Shown one piece after another: positions 20,289-30,200 of a DNA stretch of 64,000 bases. The notes under the pieces were generated by a model, which was not told the DNA's origin, did no database searches, and saw nothing but the letters and a program-made list of their open reading frames with translations. Each line of letters begins with the position of its first letter. Within the stretch, counting starts at the first letter, position 1. Source of the stretch: an uncultured virus (IMG/VR IMGVR_UViG_3300042270_000151) (lineage: Duplodnaviria; Heunggongvirae; Uroviricota; Caudoviricetes); the IMG/VR virus record IMGVR_UViG_3300042270_000151, positions 1-64,000 of that record. The stretch is one strand, 5' to 3'. The translations under genes and the position numbers were made by a program.

Positions 20289-21004
20289 TGGTTTCAGACA
20301 AGGAGTATCACACCGTCTATGCGTCTATGGATAGCCTTCTCGATACCCGCATGGGTACGGTGGCTCGCATAGATCAATCGGTAGCCGCGGATATCCTGAA
20401 AGACGACCGGTACCATAGTCGACGTACGAATGAGCTTTGGCTGCTCGATGATCGGATCAATCCGGATGCCTTTAAACGGCTGTGGAAAGACCGTGACATT
20501 GAGACCCTTAAGCTCTCCATGGCTACCCTTGTCGTACCTCTACTGTACGACATCCAGCAGCGGTATCGGAGCAAGGATGCCATTAAGCCGGATATCGTAA
20601 CCCTTAGATTGATTGTTAATACGCACCCGTATCGCCTTACGGACGAAGAGCAATCGCTTTATTGTGATATCTTACGCTCCGTCACACAGATCGACGATGT
20701 TCGCCTAACCAGTACGTCAGTCGACTGGCTCACTCCAACCACGCTTGCACAGTACAACACCTTCATCTGGCATGACCTGGATGAATGGTTCACGCTACAC
20801 GGTGAAGCTTTAACCGAAAACCCTATGCCGAAGTTGGACTTCTACGCACCGGAGATCTTACAGTGTAGCGGTGAGGTACCGCCTCAAACCTTTATCGGCA
20901 ATGCCTTTAGAATGCTCTTTGCCGAGTTGGCGGTATTTGAGTTGATGCCCCTGCGTTACTTTAGCCTTATGTTGCCTGACGATATAGAGCCCACTGACCC
21001 CTGA
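20288..21004 (+). CDS. hypothetical protein (core-block position)
   Basis: TAATG coupling; N-terminal DSLLDTR motif. Confidence 0.65.
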   Translation: MVSDKEYHTVYASMDSLLDTRMGTVARIDQSVAADILKDDRYHSRRTNELWLLDDRINPDAFKRLWKDRDIETLKLSMATLVVPLLYDIQQRYRSKDAIKPDIVTLRLIVNTHPYRLTDEEQSLYCDILRSVTQIDDVRLTSTSVDWLTPTTLAQYNTFIWHDLDEWFTLHGEALTENPMPKLDFYAPEILQCSGEVPPQTFIGNAFRMLFAELAVFELMPLRYFSLMLPDDIEPTDP

Positions 21005-21015
21005 GGGTCAGTGGG
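20990..21015. terminator. hairpin between convergent genes
   Basis: CCCACTGACCC-CTGA-GGGTCAGTGGG 11-bp stem. Confidence 0.7.
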
Positions 21016-21020
21016 ACTCA

Positions 21021-21404
21021 CTACATGCGGGTTGTATCAGTAAAGGTTTTGAAATCCAGATCAGATGGATCAGTAGCCGTTTCCCCCTCTACAAGTGTAA
21101 CGGGTGGAATGTCATCGTGCGTGAGCGTAACGTCAGGACGGTCAACCACTTCCCCTTGTAAGTAGGGGTTGGTCGTAACCTTAGCCGCAATACGGGTAAA
21201 GGCTTGCGCCATCTCACGTTCCAACTCTAGCCCTTCTGCTTCGACATTAACCCGCAGCTCATCGATACTGGTTTTAGCCAAGTCCCGTAAAACCTGTACC
21301 TGGTTTTTATCAATCTCTTCTGCTTTGCCGTTGATTAACGCTAAACGTCTTTCCTGCACAAGCCTTAACACTGATGCAGGGGTGGTGTCTAATGGACTGC
21401 TCAT
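21021..21404 (-). CDS. hypothetical protein
   Basis: 127-aa ORF ending at the convergent hairpin. Confidence 0.65.
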   Translation of the reverse strand: MSSPLDTTPASVLRLVQERRLALINGKAEEIDKNQVQVLRDLAKTSIDELRVNVEAEGLELEREMAQAFTRIAAKVTTNPYLQGEVVDRPDVTLTHDDIPPVTLVEGETATDPSDLDFKTFTDTTRM

Positions 21405-21477
21405 GGTATACCCCTAATAAAGGCAGGTGAAAGTCATACAATCATACCGTGCAGTCCAATCGTGTGAATGCAAAACC

Positions 21478-21485
21478 TATATTAC
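21478..21485 (+). promoter_or_regulatory. phiKZ-type early promoter TATATTAC
   Basis: AAAACCTATATTAC at the head of a + strand operon. Confidence 0.7.
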
Positions 21486-21535
21486 CTTGATGTATTGAGT
21501 GTACTGTGACCCTTATAGGCGCCATAGGAGGCAGA

Positions 21536-22033
21536 ATGGTCAAACAGTTACTGCATGGGTTACGACGCCTGTGCATGGAATTTACCTTATTTAAATTGGA
21601 GGATCGTAACGCCACACACTACGACAGGCTGGCAACCTACGTTACACTTTTATATAGCTTACGCCACCGTGCCTCAGACCGTGCAATATTAAGAACCCTA
21701 CAGGTTGAATCTACCATAGCCGATGTCACGGTAATGTTGGATCTAGTAGCGTCTATGCGCAGGTCACTCGAAGAGGACGGTGTACTTAATTATGTTCAAA
21801 CTGGCATCGCCCCTAAAGTAGGGGTTGCCTCGGCACACCAGTGGCTGGTGGAGTCTACTCACCGCCGGGGTATGTCAGTGGACGACTTTTTTAGTAAATA
21901 TACGGCTTCGTTGGAGGCCCTTCTTTTAGAGCTGAAGACTTTAGTGGACATACAGCCTCACTATGTAGAACGTAAGCTATCGCCCTTAGAAAGTGGTACC
22001 CGTTCACTGGTGGACTTGCTATTGTCACTTTAG
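21536..22033 (+). CDS. hypothetical protein
   Basis: AGGAGG RBS favours the ATG at 21536. Confidence 0.65.
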   Translation: MVKQLLHGLRRLCMEFTLFKLEDRNATHYDRLATYVTLLYSLRHRASDRAILRTLQVESTIADVTVMLDLVASMRRSLEEDGVLNYVQTGIAPKVGVASAHQWLVESTHRRGMSVDDFFSKYTASLEALLLELKTLVDIQPHYVERKLSPLESGTRSLVDLLLSL

Positions 22034-22036
22034 TCA

Positions 22037-22738
22037 GTGGAGACCTTTATGAAGAAAACGCGCTCATCCCCTATGCGCCCTAAGCTCAATGACCTTAGAG
22101 CCGCTTTTGCCAGGGCGAATGACATTCTGGCAAAACTCTGGGCCAAGACCCTAATGGTGGCGGGCTCTGGACCCCATGGGATAAAGCCAATCGGTGCTGA
22201 AGATTGGGACCGCTGTGTCAAGGACTGGTATGAGGAACAACTCAAGACTCGGGGACCGGATGCAAAGTCAGATATCATCTCCCTTAAAGGGAACCTGGTT
22301 AAGGCACTGTCCCGTGACAGCTTGACATGGTCTAACTTTTATCAGGGACTTCAAATTCTGACGGCAGGCCGCCGCTTTAAGGCCATACGCTTTGAGGTAC
22401 ACCTTATTCCCACGCGGGAATCAGATGAAACCCGCATCGTAGCGATCGATGTGATTAACCGCGAGACCGGTGCCGTTGAAGATCCACTGATTGCCTCCTT
22501 GCGTGAAGGGAATACCCCTACCCTTAAACCGGGTGAAACCGCTATTCCTGACACACTCTACATTGTAGAGGGGTTCGAGGATCCTCGCTTCCAATGTGTT
22601 GGCATGCGGTATACTGGATGGGAGCCTATGACAGTTCCGGCGGATTACTTCAATGGAATGTCGTTTAGCAATACGCTGGTTCAGGACAAGGATGGCATGA
22701 TCGATACGCGGTGGCAGAGACTGATGGTGAGGCAGTGA
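22037..22738 (+). CDS. hypothetical protein
   Basis: 233-aa ORF in operon; true start may be the ATG at 22049. Confidence 0.65.
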   Translation: METFMKKTRSSPMRPKLNDLRAAFARANDILAKLWAKTLMVAGSGPHGIKPIGAEDWDRCVKDWYEEQLKTRGPDAKSDIISLKGNLVKALSRDSLTWSNFYQGLQILTAGRRFKAIRFEVHLIPTRESDETRIVAIDVINRETGAVEDPLIASLREGNTPTLKPGETAIPDTLYIVEGFEDPRFQCVGMRYTGWEPMTVPADYFNGMSFSNTLVQDKDGMIDTRWQRLMVRQ

Positions 22739-22739
22739 T

Positions 22740-23033
22740 ATGGATGATGGATTTTACACCCTGTATACCCGGCTCGCCCCTAAATTGTCAGAGGGCAGTC
22801 GGGTCATTCGAGATCCCATATTGAACGTTATTGTGGATGAGGAAATGCACAGCGTACACATAGAGGCACAGGGTCGTACACTGGATATGCCGTTGAATCG
22901 CATTCTGGCCCTCCCCAGTGTAGGTGGGGAACTCTACTATACAAGCGATGTGGATCAACATGGGTTCATTGGCTGGAGCATGCCGTGTCTATTCTGCAGT
23001 TACGCACCTGAAGCCGACCCTAAGGTACACTAA
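22740..23033 (+). CDS. hypothetical protein
   Basis: GAGG RBS; adjacent to the upstream stop. Confidence 0.6.
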   Translation: MDDGFYTLYTRLAPKLSEGSRVIRDPILNVIVDEEMHSVHIEAQGRTLDMPLNRILALPSVGGELYYTSDVDQHGFIGWSMPCLFCSYAPEADPKVH

Positions 23034-23042
23034 GGAGACATT

Positions 23043-23534
23043 ATGGATGTGTTGTACGGCAACCTTGTCGACGTTGTTGAAACAAACCCACAGAACTGGA
23101 CTGAACACATTGTCGTTATACACAATGCAAACTGTCAGTGCCGCATGGGGGCAGGCGCAGCGAAAGCCATAGCCATGGCGTGGCCTGAAGTGGAAATTGC
23201 CGATCAGATGACCGGGCGAGGAGATCGTGAGAAACTTGGCCACTGGTCAATGGCCAGTGTGGAGATTGATGACTACTACATCATATCTGTACATAATCTC
23301 TATTGCCAGTATCGGTATGGTCCGGCCTATGAGCAGCACTTCGATTACGAGGCATTTACCACAGTCTGTCATCGATTGGCTGAGTATTATAAGGGAATGA
23401 ACGTTCGTTTCGTCTTCCCTTTAATCGGGACCGGTCATGCAGGTGGACGTTGGGCACGGATACGGGATACGTTGTTGGAGGTACTTAAGGACTTCCCAAT
23501 GACGTTGGTTAAGCTATCGCCCAATGCCACCTAA
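23043..23534 (+). CDS. macrodomain (ADP-ribose binding or hydrolase) protein
   Basis: GNL, IHNANC...MGAG.AKAI...WP, NLY.Q, FPLIGTG.AGG.W. Confidence 0.85.
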   Translation: MDVLYGNLVDVVETNPQNWTEHIVVIHNANCQCRMGAGAAKAIAMAWPEVEIADQMTGRGDREKLGHWSMASVEIDDYYIISVHNLYCQYRYGPAYEQHFDYEAFTTVCHRLAEYYKGMNVRFVFPLIGTGHAGGRWARIRDTLLEVLKDFPMTLVKLSPNAT

Positions 23535-23558
23535 GGCTAGGCGATAATATAGCAAATC

Positions 23559-23589
23559 AAGAGGATCAGTCAGGTCCTCTTTTTTTTTT
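23559..23589 (+). terminator. intrinsic terminator
   Basis: AAGAGGATC/GGTCCTCTT stem followed by a T run. Confidence 0.75.
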
Positions 23590-23609
23590 AACTGGATGAG
23601 GGTTTAACC

Positions 23610-24743
23610 ATGCCGGTAGCACCTAAAGAGTCGGTCTTTAAAACAGGTCCAGACGACAGTTTGCGGGTTGTTGACGTATACGGTGAGGGGGAAATCTTAA
23701 GTGCGTTTGAAGGGGCCGCTGCTGCTGCCGCTGCTGCACAGGAAGCTGCTGCAGAGGGTCAGTCCCCAGAAGAAGCTGAAAGGGCACTGAGTCAAAACTT
23801 ACAGGCATTGAAAGCTGCCCTCTCTCAGGGTGGGTTTGAACTCTTGCTCGAGAAGCTACTCTCCTTGGGCCTGTCGGTGGGACAGCTCCGCAGCTTCCTC
23901 AAGAGTCTATTCCCATTGGCGGTAGATGTCATTGAGTTCTTTAACCGCTTCCGGGGCTTGGGTGTTAATGAGATCAATGCCCTATTGACTTTCATCCAGA
24001 CTACCATGTCACCGGACGATTACCGGTCACTGAATAACAAGACGTTACCGGTACACGTCGAGTCGGTTAATCAGATTTTAGGGGCCATGGATCGCGGACA
24101 ATTAAACGGTGACGACCTGTATTTAGATGCCGGTATTACCCGGGGAGATAGTCGTCTAGAGGTACTGGAGACGCTGAGTGACTTAGGGACTCGCCACCCT
24201 CTGCCGACAAAGGTGCGCACTCTCGCAACACTGAACAGTGAAACGATCCTTAAGACCCCCTACCTAACGCCTGAGGAAATTGTTGCTGAGATTGAAGCAG
24301 CGGAGTTAACCCCTGAAGAGCAACTCTTTATTCAGACCCAGGTCGCCTTAGCGGCGGCCAACTCAGGTAACCATGCGCAGGTTGCGGCGATCATTGAGGC
24401 GATGGGTTCCCGCGCCACACCGTCATTGCGACGGGATACGGTTCGCCGCCTACTTAATAGTTATCGATTGGATCGTGCCGAGCCTAAGTCGGCCCATAGT
24501 GGCATGGCAGAAGCCTTTTACGATAACCTTAATCTAATTGATGAGGGGTGTTTAACCTATGATCGAGATGGGGAGTTGATTATCGACTATACCCTCTTTC
24601 GATATGCCTCTGACGATGCGATCAGGGTCTTTACCTCGTTTGATCCACTCAAGTCGACAGCGATCATGGCGAAAGGTCTTAGTACAGATCCTAAGTCCTT
24701 AGGGTACCTCATCCAATCCCAATATCCATCTCTGGCGGTATAA
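23610..24743 (+). CDS. hypothetical protein, possibly virion-associated
   Basis: 377 aa; GAGG RBS; AFEG site and Ala-rich stretch near the N-terminus. Confidence 0.55.
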   Translation: MPVAPKESVFKTGPDDSLRVVDVYGEGEILSAFEGAAAAAAAAQEAAAEGQSPEEAERALSQNLQALKAALSQGGFELLLEKLLSLGLSVGQLRSFLKSLFPLAVDVIEFFNRFRGLGVNEINALLTFIQTTMSPDDYRSLNNKTLPVHVESVNQILGAMDRGQLNGDDLYLDAGITRGDSRLEVLETLSDLGTRHPLPTKVRTLATLNSETILKTPYLTPEEIVAEIEAAELTPEEQLFIQTQVALAAANSGNHAQVAAIIEAMGSRATPSLRRDTVRRLLNSYRLDRAEPKSAHSGMAEAFYDNLNLIDEGCLTYDRDGELIIDYTLFRYASDDAIRVFTSFDPLKSTAIMAKGLSTDPKSLGYLIQSQYPSLAV

Positions 24744-25108
24744 TGGAGCTTTATACAGTACAGTTGGCAAAATGGCGGTTAGTTAAGGCGAAAGATATTC
24801 CTTTATTGGACATTACTCTGCGCAGCGGTAACCGTTGTTTTGCCCCTACTCCTAAATTACTCGGCGATTATAAGGCGGGTCGGATCTCAGCTGAAGAGTA
24901 CCGCACCGAGTATTACCGACTCATGCGTACGAGTTATCGGGTCAACGCTACACAATGGGACAAGCTATTGCGTCAGCCTAAGGTCGCTATCGCCTGCTAT
25001 TGTAAGGCAGGTGCGTTCTGTCATCGGTTACTGCTAAAGGAGATGATCGAGAAAGCGTGTACTGCGGAGGGCATTGCGTTTACGTATAAAGGTGAAATAG
25101 AAGACTAG
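24743..25108 (+). CDS. DUF488-like protein
   Basis: LDIT..SG...FAPT..LL, Y...Y, CYC.....CHR.LL. Confidence 0.65.
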   Translation: MELYTVQLAKWRLVKAKDIPLLDITLRSGNRCFAPTPKLLGDYKAGRISAEEYRTEYYRLMRTSYRVNATQWDKLLRQPKVAIACYCKAGAFCHRLLLKEMIEKACTAEGIAFTYKGEIED

Positions 25109-25147
25109 CCACCGGGGATTACCCCCGGTGGCTGTGTCCTTTTTTTC
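25107..25147. terminator. terminator between convergent genes
   Basis: AGCCACCGGGG-ATTAC-CCCCGGTGGCT followed by a T run. Confidence 0.8.
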
Positions 25148-25148
25148 T

Positions 25149-27230
25149 TTATCGATCGCCAGCACGATATAAAGGACCTATGACGCGGTTCGCCATAGTC
25201 TCTGTACCAGCAAAGTGCGAGGCAAAGTGTGACATGGAGAACCAGCGTTCAAAGTCGGCTATTTGGTTTCGCCAGGCTAACTTCAAACGGGGTTCAATGT
25301 AATACTGGTCATAGAGTGAGAGTCCACCTAGCACCGCCATGTAGTCCGTGAAGGGCGTATCCTCATCGATCATGGATAGCTTCAGTGCGTCCGTAGGCCC
25401 TGCCAATTCTGACACCGGTACATGTAGAATCTTAGACAGGTTCACTACTGAGAAACTCACTTCAACCGACGTCGGTAACCCATCGGCTGACCACCCCATG
25501 CTATCATCACCACGGGTAATGGAAAGACTGTCTATCATACCCAGTTTAATGACGTTACGACCCGGTGCGTACAAGCTACACAGGAACGGACTGGTGTAAG
25601 AGTTCTTACCGGTAGTACGCGGCAACGCACCTGCCAGTAGCATACACAGCGGCAGATAAATGTTCAGTAGAATCGAAAGCTTGTTCCCATAGGGCGAGGA
25701 CAGTTTAATGGTGTAGTTGGATTTGGGCAGATCCGCACTGGCGCTGTCCCAAAACTCAGGGATATCGACGTACGCCGCCCCCCCTAGGGCAGAGAGTCCC
25801 CCAAGACCGACTGAATTTAAAGCCCCTTGTACGAACGACTTTATCCCCCCTAACATACTTTCAATGCCATTGACAATGGTATTGTCCCCTATGTTACCAC
25901 CGGCCATGTTGAAGTAGGCAGATCGACCAGAGGAGCTAATCGAGTTAAGCTTATCCGCAATATCGGAGGATTTAAAGCTATTCGAAAATGACTCCGACAC
26001 TGAACCTTCATGGTCCACCGCAAAACTTACAAAGGCAGCCCCATCGGCTAGCTCCCCATCGAAGTAGTCCTTCATGGACGGGTCGTTCCATGCACGGGCA
26101 ACCTCAACACCGCCATCGGACATAGACTTCCCATTTTGCTTGTCGGGTACACTATCTGCGGCGCTGCCTTCGGTCGCATGTGCATCTACAGCTGCCTGAG
26201 GGTCATCCGCCCCGACCCCTTGACCAATGGTACCCCCTTTATAGAAGGTATTCAGATACTCCGGTAAGCTACGATGTTTACTGGGGGGATTAGGGTCAAA
26301 GTTCCCCTCAACATAACTTAACACGGCGTTATCGAAGAGCTCTTTAGGTTGACCTCGAAAACTCTTTTCCAAGGTATTTAAGGTTTTATAATGCGCATTC
26401 GCAAGGCGCTGGGCGCGAGTCGAAATTGCAAAGACGTCTATACCGCCATCGGAGGTCATGACGTCGGGTAACAACCGGTTCAGTACTTCAAACTCAGAGG
26501 CACTTAACCCATTGTTATACGTAATCTTGGTAGCGCTACCCTCACTATCCAGAGTAACGTCATCAGGTGTGGGGCCATTTATAATCCCCATATTCACACC
26601 AATACGGTTTAACAGATGGCTGACAGTAGACCAGTACATCGGCATCACAGGCTTCATGTAGTAAAACCGACTATAGGGTGTCGCGTTTACAAAGTTCCAG
26701 ATACGTTTTACAAAGTTAATGACGCTGTTGACGACCTGGAAGGGGGCCGTTAGTACATACCCCACCACTTGTCCTGCAAAGAATGTAAAGTCAGAGGCAT
26801 CCCCGGTATTGGCTAAGCGACCTACCGCCGTATCGTAAAATCGACCAAAGAAGTTGGTGAGGGAGTTATATTCGGGTACCCCAAACTGCATATGGATGAT
26901 TTGTGCATTGTCATCAATAGCCTCAGAGTAATATTCACCCATACCCCGGCTATCTGGATTGATTCCCGGTACCTTAGGGTCACAATAGCGGGTAAATTGT
27001 GGACGGGGGTTAATCGCAAAGTTACCACCCGGTGTGGTATCTGTGTATTTGAGTTCAGCAGATGAAAACCGCTGCCCTCGAGATTCGCTATCCCGTATCT
27101 TTGCACCGCCAATGCCATTCTTGGTGGTTAACCCGGGTACAAAGAAAGCTTGTCGAATCCAGTCGGCATCTGACCGTATTCCACTCTCTGGGATGGGGGT
27201 AGCCATAGCTAGACTCCTACAGTATGTCAA
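25149..27230 (-). CDS. virion baseplate/tail structural protein (phiKZ gp182-like)
   Basis: DTTPGGNFAINP.PQFTRYCD, FGVP.YNSL, IPEFWDS, SPYGN, GMIDSLSITRG; directly downstream of the tape-measure-like gene. True start is probably the ATG near 27206. Confidence 0.75.
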   Translation of the reverse strand: MTYCRSLAMATPIPESGIRSDADWIRQAFFVPGLTTKNGIGGAKIRDSESRGQRFSSAELKYTDTTPGGNFAINPRPQFTRYCDPKVPGINPDSRGMGEYYSEAIDDNAQIIHMQFGVPEYNSLTNFFGRFYDTAVGRLANTGDASDFTFFAGQVVGYVLTAPFQVVNSVINFVKRIWNFVNATPYSRFYYMKPVMPMYWSTVSHLLNRIGVNMGIINGPTPDDVTLDSEGSATKITYNNGLSASEFEVLNRLLPDVMTSDGGIDVFAISTRAQRLANAHYKTLNTLEKSFRGQPKELFDNAVLSYVEGNFDPNPPSKHRSLPEYLNTFYKGGTIGQGVGADDPQAAVDAHATEGSAADSVPDKQNGKSMSDGGVEVARAWNDPSMKDYFDGELADGAAFVSFAVDHEGSVSESFSNSFKSSDIADKLNSISSSGRSAYFNMAGGNIGDNTIVNGIESMLGGIKSFVQGALNSVGLGGLSALGGAAYVDIPEFWDSASADLPKSNYTIKLSSPYGNKLSILLNIYLPLCMLLAGALPRTTGKNSYTSPFLCSLYAPGRNVIKLGMIDSLSITRGDDSMGWSADGLPTSVEVSFSVVNLSKILHVPVSELAGPTDALKLSMIDEDTPFTDYMAVLGGLSLYDQYYIEPRLKLAWRNQIADFERWFSMSHFASHFAGTETMANRVIGPLYRAGDR

Positions 27231-27256
27231 AAGAAAGAAGGGGGCTAGGCCCCCTT
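27231..27256 (-). terminator. intrinsic terminator
   Basis: AAGGGGGC/GCCCCCTT stem with a U-rich tail on the minus strand. Confidence 0.6.
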
Positions 27257-27258
27257 AC

Positions 27259-30200
27259 TTATGAATAGTCAAATCCAACGACACCGTTATATCCCGATCC
27301 TTGGGAATCCCCTTTACGCCGTCCAACAGGCGTATTAGGTTTAGTGCCTTTAGGCTGACTGGGTTCTCCTGCAGATACGTTCACCTGAGGAGGTTGCTGG
27401 TTTTCAATAGCGGCAATGAGTCGGTCCATCTTCGCATTGGTTTCTTCTTGGGTCATGACCTGACGTTCACGTAGACGTTGTGCTTCAGAGGCATGCTTCG
27501 TTTGCTCGCCAACTAAACGCTCCACGTCCACACCGGCAGCGCCTGCCCCTACATCCGGCAGGTTAGCCGTACCGCCTGTCTGAGCCGTTAGGGTACCGTC
27601 TACTCCACTGGGCCCTACCTTAGGACTAACAGGCAATGCGCTCGCTACAGGGTCGTTGTTAGCCGTTGCATTAACACTGGGGTCATCGTCGGAGATACCT
27701 GCGTCCGCCAATACAGGCTTCTTCAGGGTAGTCGATGCGATGGTATCAACGCCCTCCAAGGAGAAGTCTTGATCCCCAATATCATCACCCTTCTCAGCTT
27801 CCTTGACCTCCTTCTCTTGCTGAGCCAGCATTTCCCGTGCCGGACCAATAAACTTCATTGGATCCGCCGTGGGTGAGCGCTGTGCATGGCCTTCTCTCAC
27901 CTCAAAGTGCAAGTGAGGACCGGTAGAGACACCCGTTGACCCTACATACCCAATTATCTGGCCCTGCTTCACAACAGCGCCAGCCCCTGTCCCTGCCGCA
28001 AACCGACTCAAGTGAGCGTAGCGCGTAGCGCGACCATCAGGGTGGTTAATGTAGATAACGTTGCCGTAACTACTGCTGCGGTACTGACGAGAGATAGTGC
28101 CATCCATTGCCGCGTACACCGGCGTACCAGTAGGTGCAGCAATGTCGATCCCCCCATGACCGTGCATCTCCTTTCGAGTTGGATGCATGCGGCGACCGTA
28201 CGCAGAGCTAATACGTCCCTGTGCAGGCATGAGCATGCTGCCATCTCCAGATGGTTTCATGTTACTGGGTGCATCCGGTACACCTGCAGGCATATTGCCA
28301 TCCGCATCCGGTGCATCGCCATTAGAGGCACTACCCATCTCTGAGCGGCCCATGCCATTGGCGGTTTCCACTGGACTGTTGTTACCCGCCTTGGACTTAG
28401 CCTCCTCACTGCGCTGTTTGCTAATAGCCTGTTGCGTTTCCTTCGCCTGCGAAATGGCCTCTGTAGCTTTATCGTTCGCCTTCACCTCAGGTGGCATGAA
28501 GGACTGATTGTTGTTGATCCGACCCGTCGCTAATGTATCCAGCAGACGTTTCGTATACACGGCAATCACTTCCCTGAGCGACTCTACGACTACACCGTAC
28601 ATGGGGCTATCCGTGATCGCATAGGGGTCCTTCCCAGACGCAATGTCATTCGCAGTGAATTGAACACGGTTTACATATTCAATTTTCATCTCTACGGACA
28701 TGCGCTTATCGATCTCCTCAAGCTCCAGAATCTCATCCAGCAGTTTAAGGGTTTGGAGGTGTGTAAGGAGTACCGGAGTAAAGCGTTTAGCAAACCACGT
28801 GGTCCAGGCTTTGGCATTCGCCTCATTGGTAAAGGACAGTCCCATCGACTCGGCCATCTGCTTAAAGAAATACTCGGGATCTTCCGTTATCTCTGCACGC
28901 TTGCCTACCCAGGTGACCGCATCCAGTGCAAGTAACTCCAACTCACGCACCCGTTTTACAAAGGTACGGTCCTTGAGGTTTACACCGTACTGCAAGAGCC
29001 TCAGTCCCTCAATAGGCTCCACCTCCGTATCCTTACGCAAGGCTTCTACTGCTTTGCCACCTAAGTACATAACCGCACCGGCACCCGGTATCGCCTTCGC
29101 GATTGCAGGCGCTGCTTTGGTTAGTGCATCTCCCAGTGCACCCACAACCCCCTTCTCACGGACAGTCTCAATCGCGGCACTGACGCCTGCCTTTATTCCC
29201 TCAGCCTTTTCCGCTACCTTGCCCCAGATACTGGCCAGAAGACCACGCTTCATCTCACCACTGGCACCAGCCACCTCAGGGGTTTCCACCTCTTCAGCTT
29301 TGGCGAGTAACTCAATGTACGCGTAGATGTCTTCTTTGCTAGCGATGGATTTCTCGCCCCCATAGGGACTATTCATGACCTCATAGGGATGGGTATGGAG
29401 CCCTGGTGGTATCTGTTCCATCTTCACGCGCTTCAAGAAGAGCGCACGGGTTTCACCGTCCATCTCATCCAGACGTGCATCCGAGTCCAGTAGACGATCA
29501 TCACCTGTGGCGGCATGTAGAGAATGGATATAACGGGTGAAGGCGGGGGCAAATCGATCGGTTAACCACTGTATCCATACTAGCTGACTATTCCGGTCCT
29601 TCGGGTCACGGTTAAAGCTCGCTGCGACTTCCTTATAGAGCTTAAACCGATCAACCTTCAACTCGCCACTGCTGCGTATAGACGCAGTGTCTTTCCCTAA
29701 CTTACGCTCCAACGCCATAACGGCTTTAATCGCCTCCGGGTTGGCATCCTTACCCAGACCGTACATCATCATCCGCAACAATGTCCACTTAGCATTTGGT
29801 GCCAGTTTACCGCTAGTTTGAGTTTCCTCTTCTTCATCCTTTTTAAAGAAACCCCCAATGAACGGTATGGATCCCGCCACCGCAGTAATACCTGCCTTAG
29901 CGGCACCGAGTACGCCTTTCTCACGTACCGTATCAGCAACCGTACTGACCGCACTATGGACACCGCTGGCGACCCTACCCATCAACGCAACACCAGGTAC
30001 TACCTTAGCAACGGCACCGTAGACTTTCTTAGCTCCTTCAACTAAGGTACTGAAGGTACCTTTAGAGTCAACCTCCACGTCTTCCACGTTACCCGCTTCA
30101 GCCGCCTTCAGTAGCACCTCGGTGTACTCTGAGATCTCCTCAACCATGTTGCGTACTTCATGGCCTTTAAAGGGTGAGGCTACCCACTCGTACGGATTGA

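Noticed and set aside
23715..23752. GCT/GCC triplet run
   Set aside because: In-frame poly-Ala coding sequence; no sign of a regulatory repeat.
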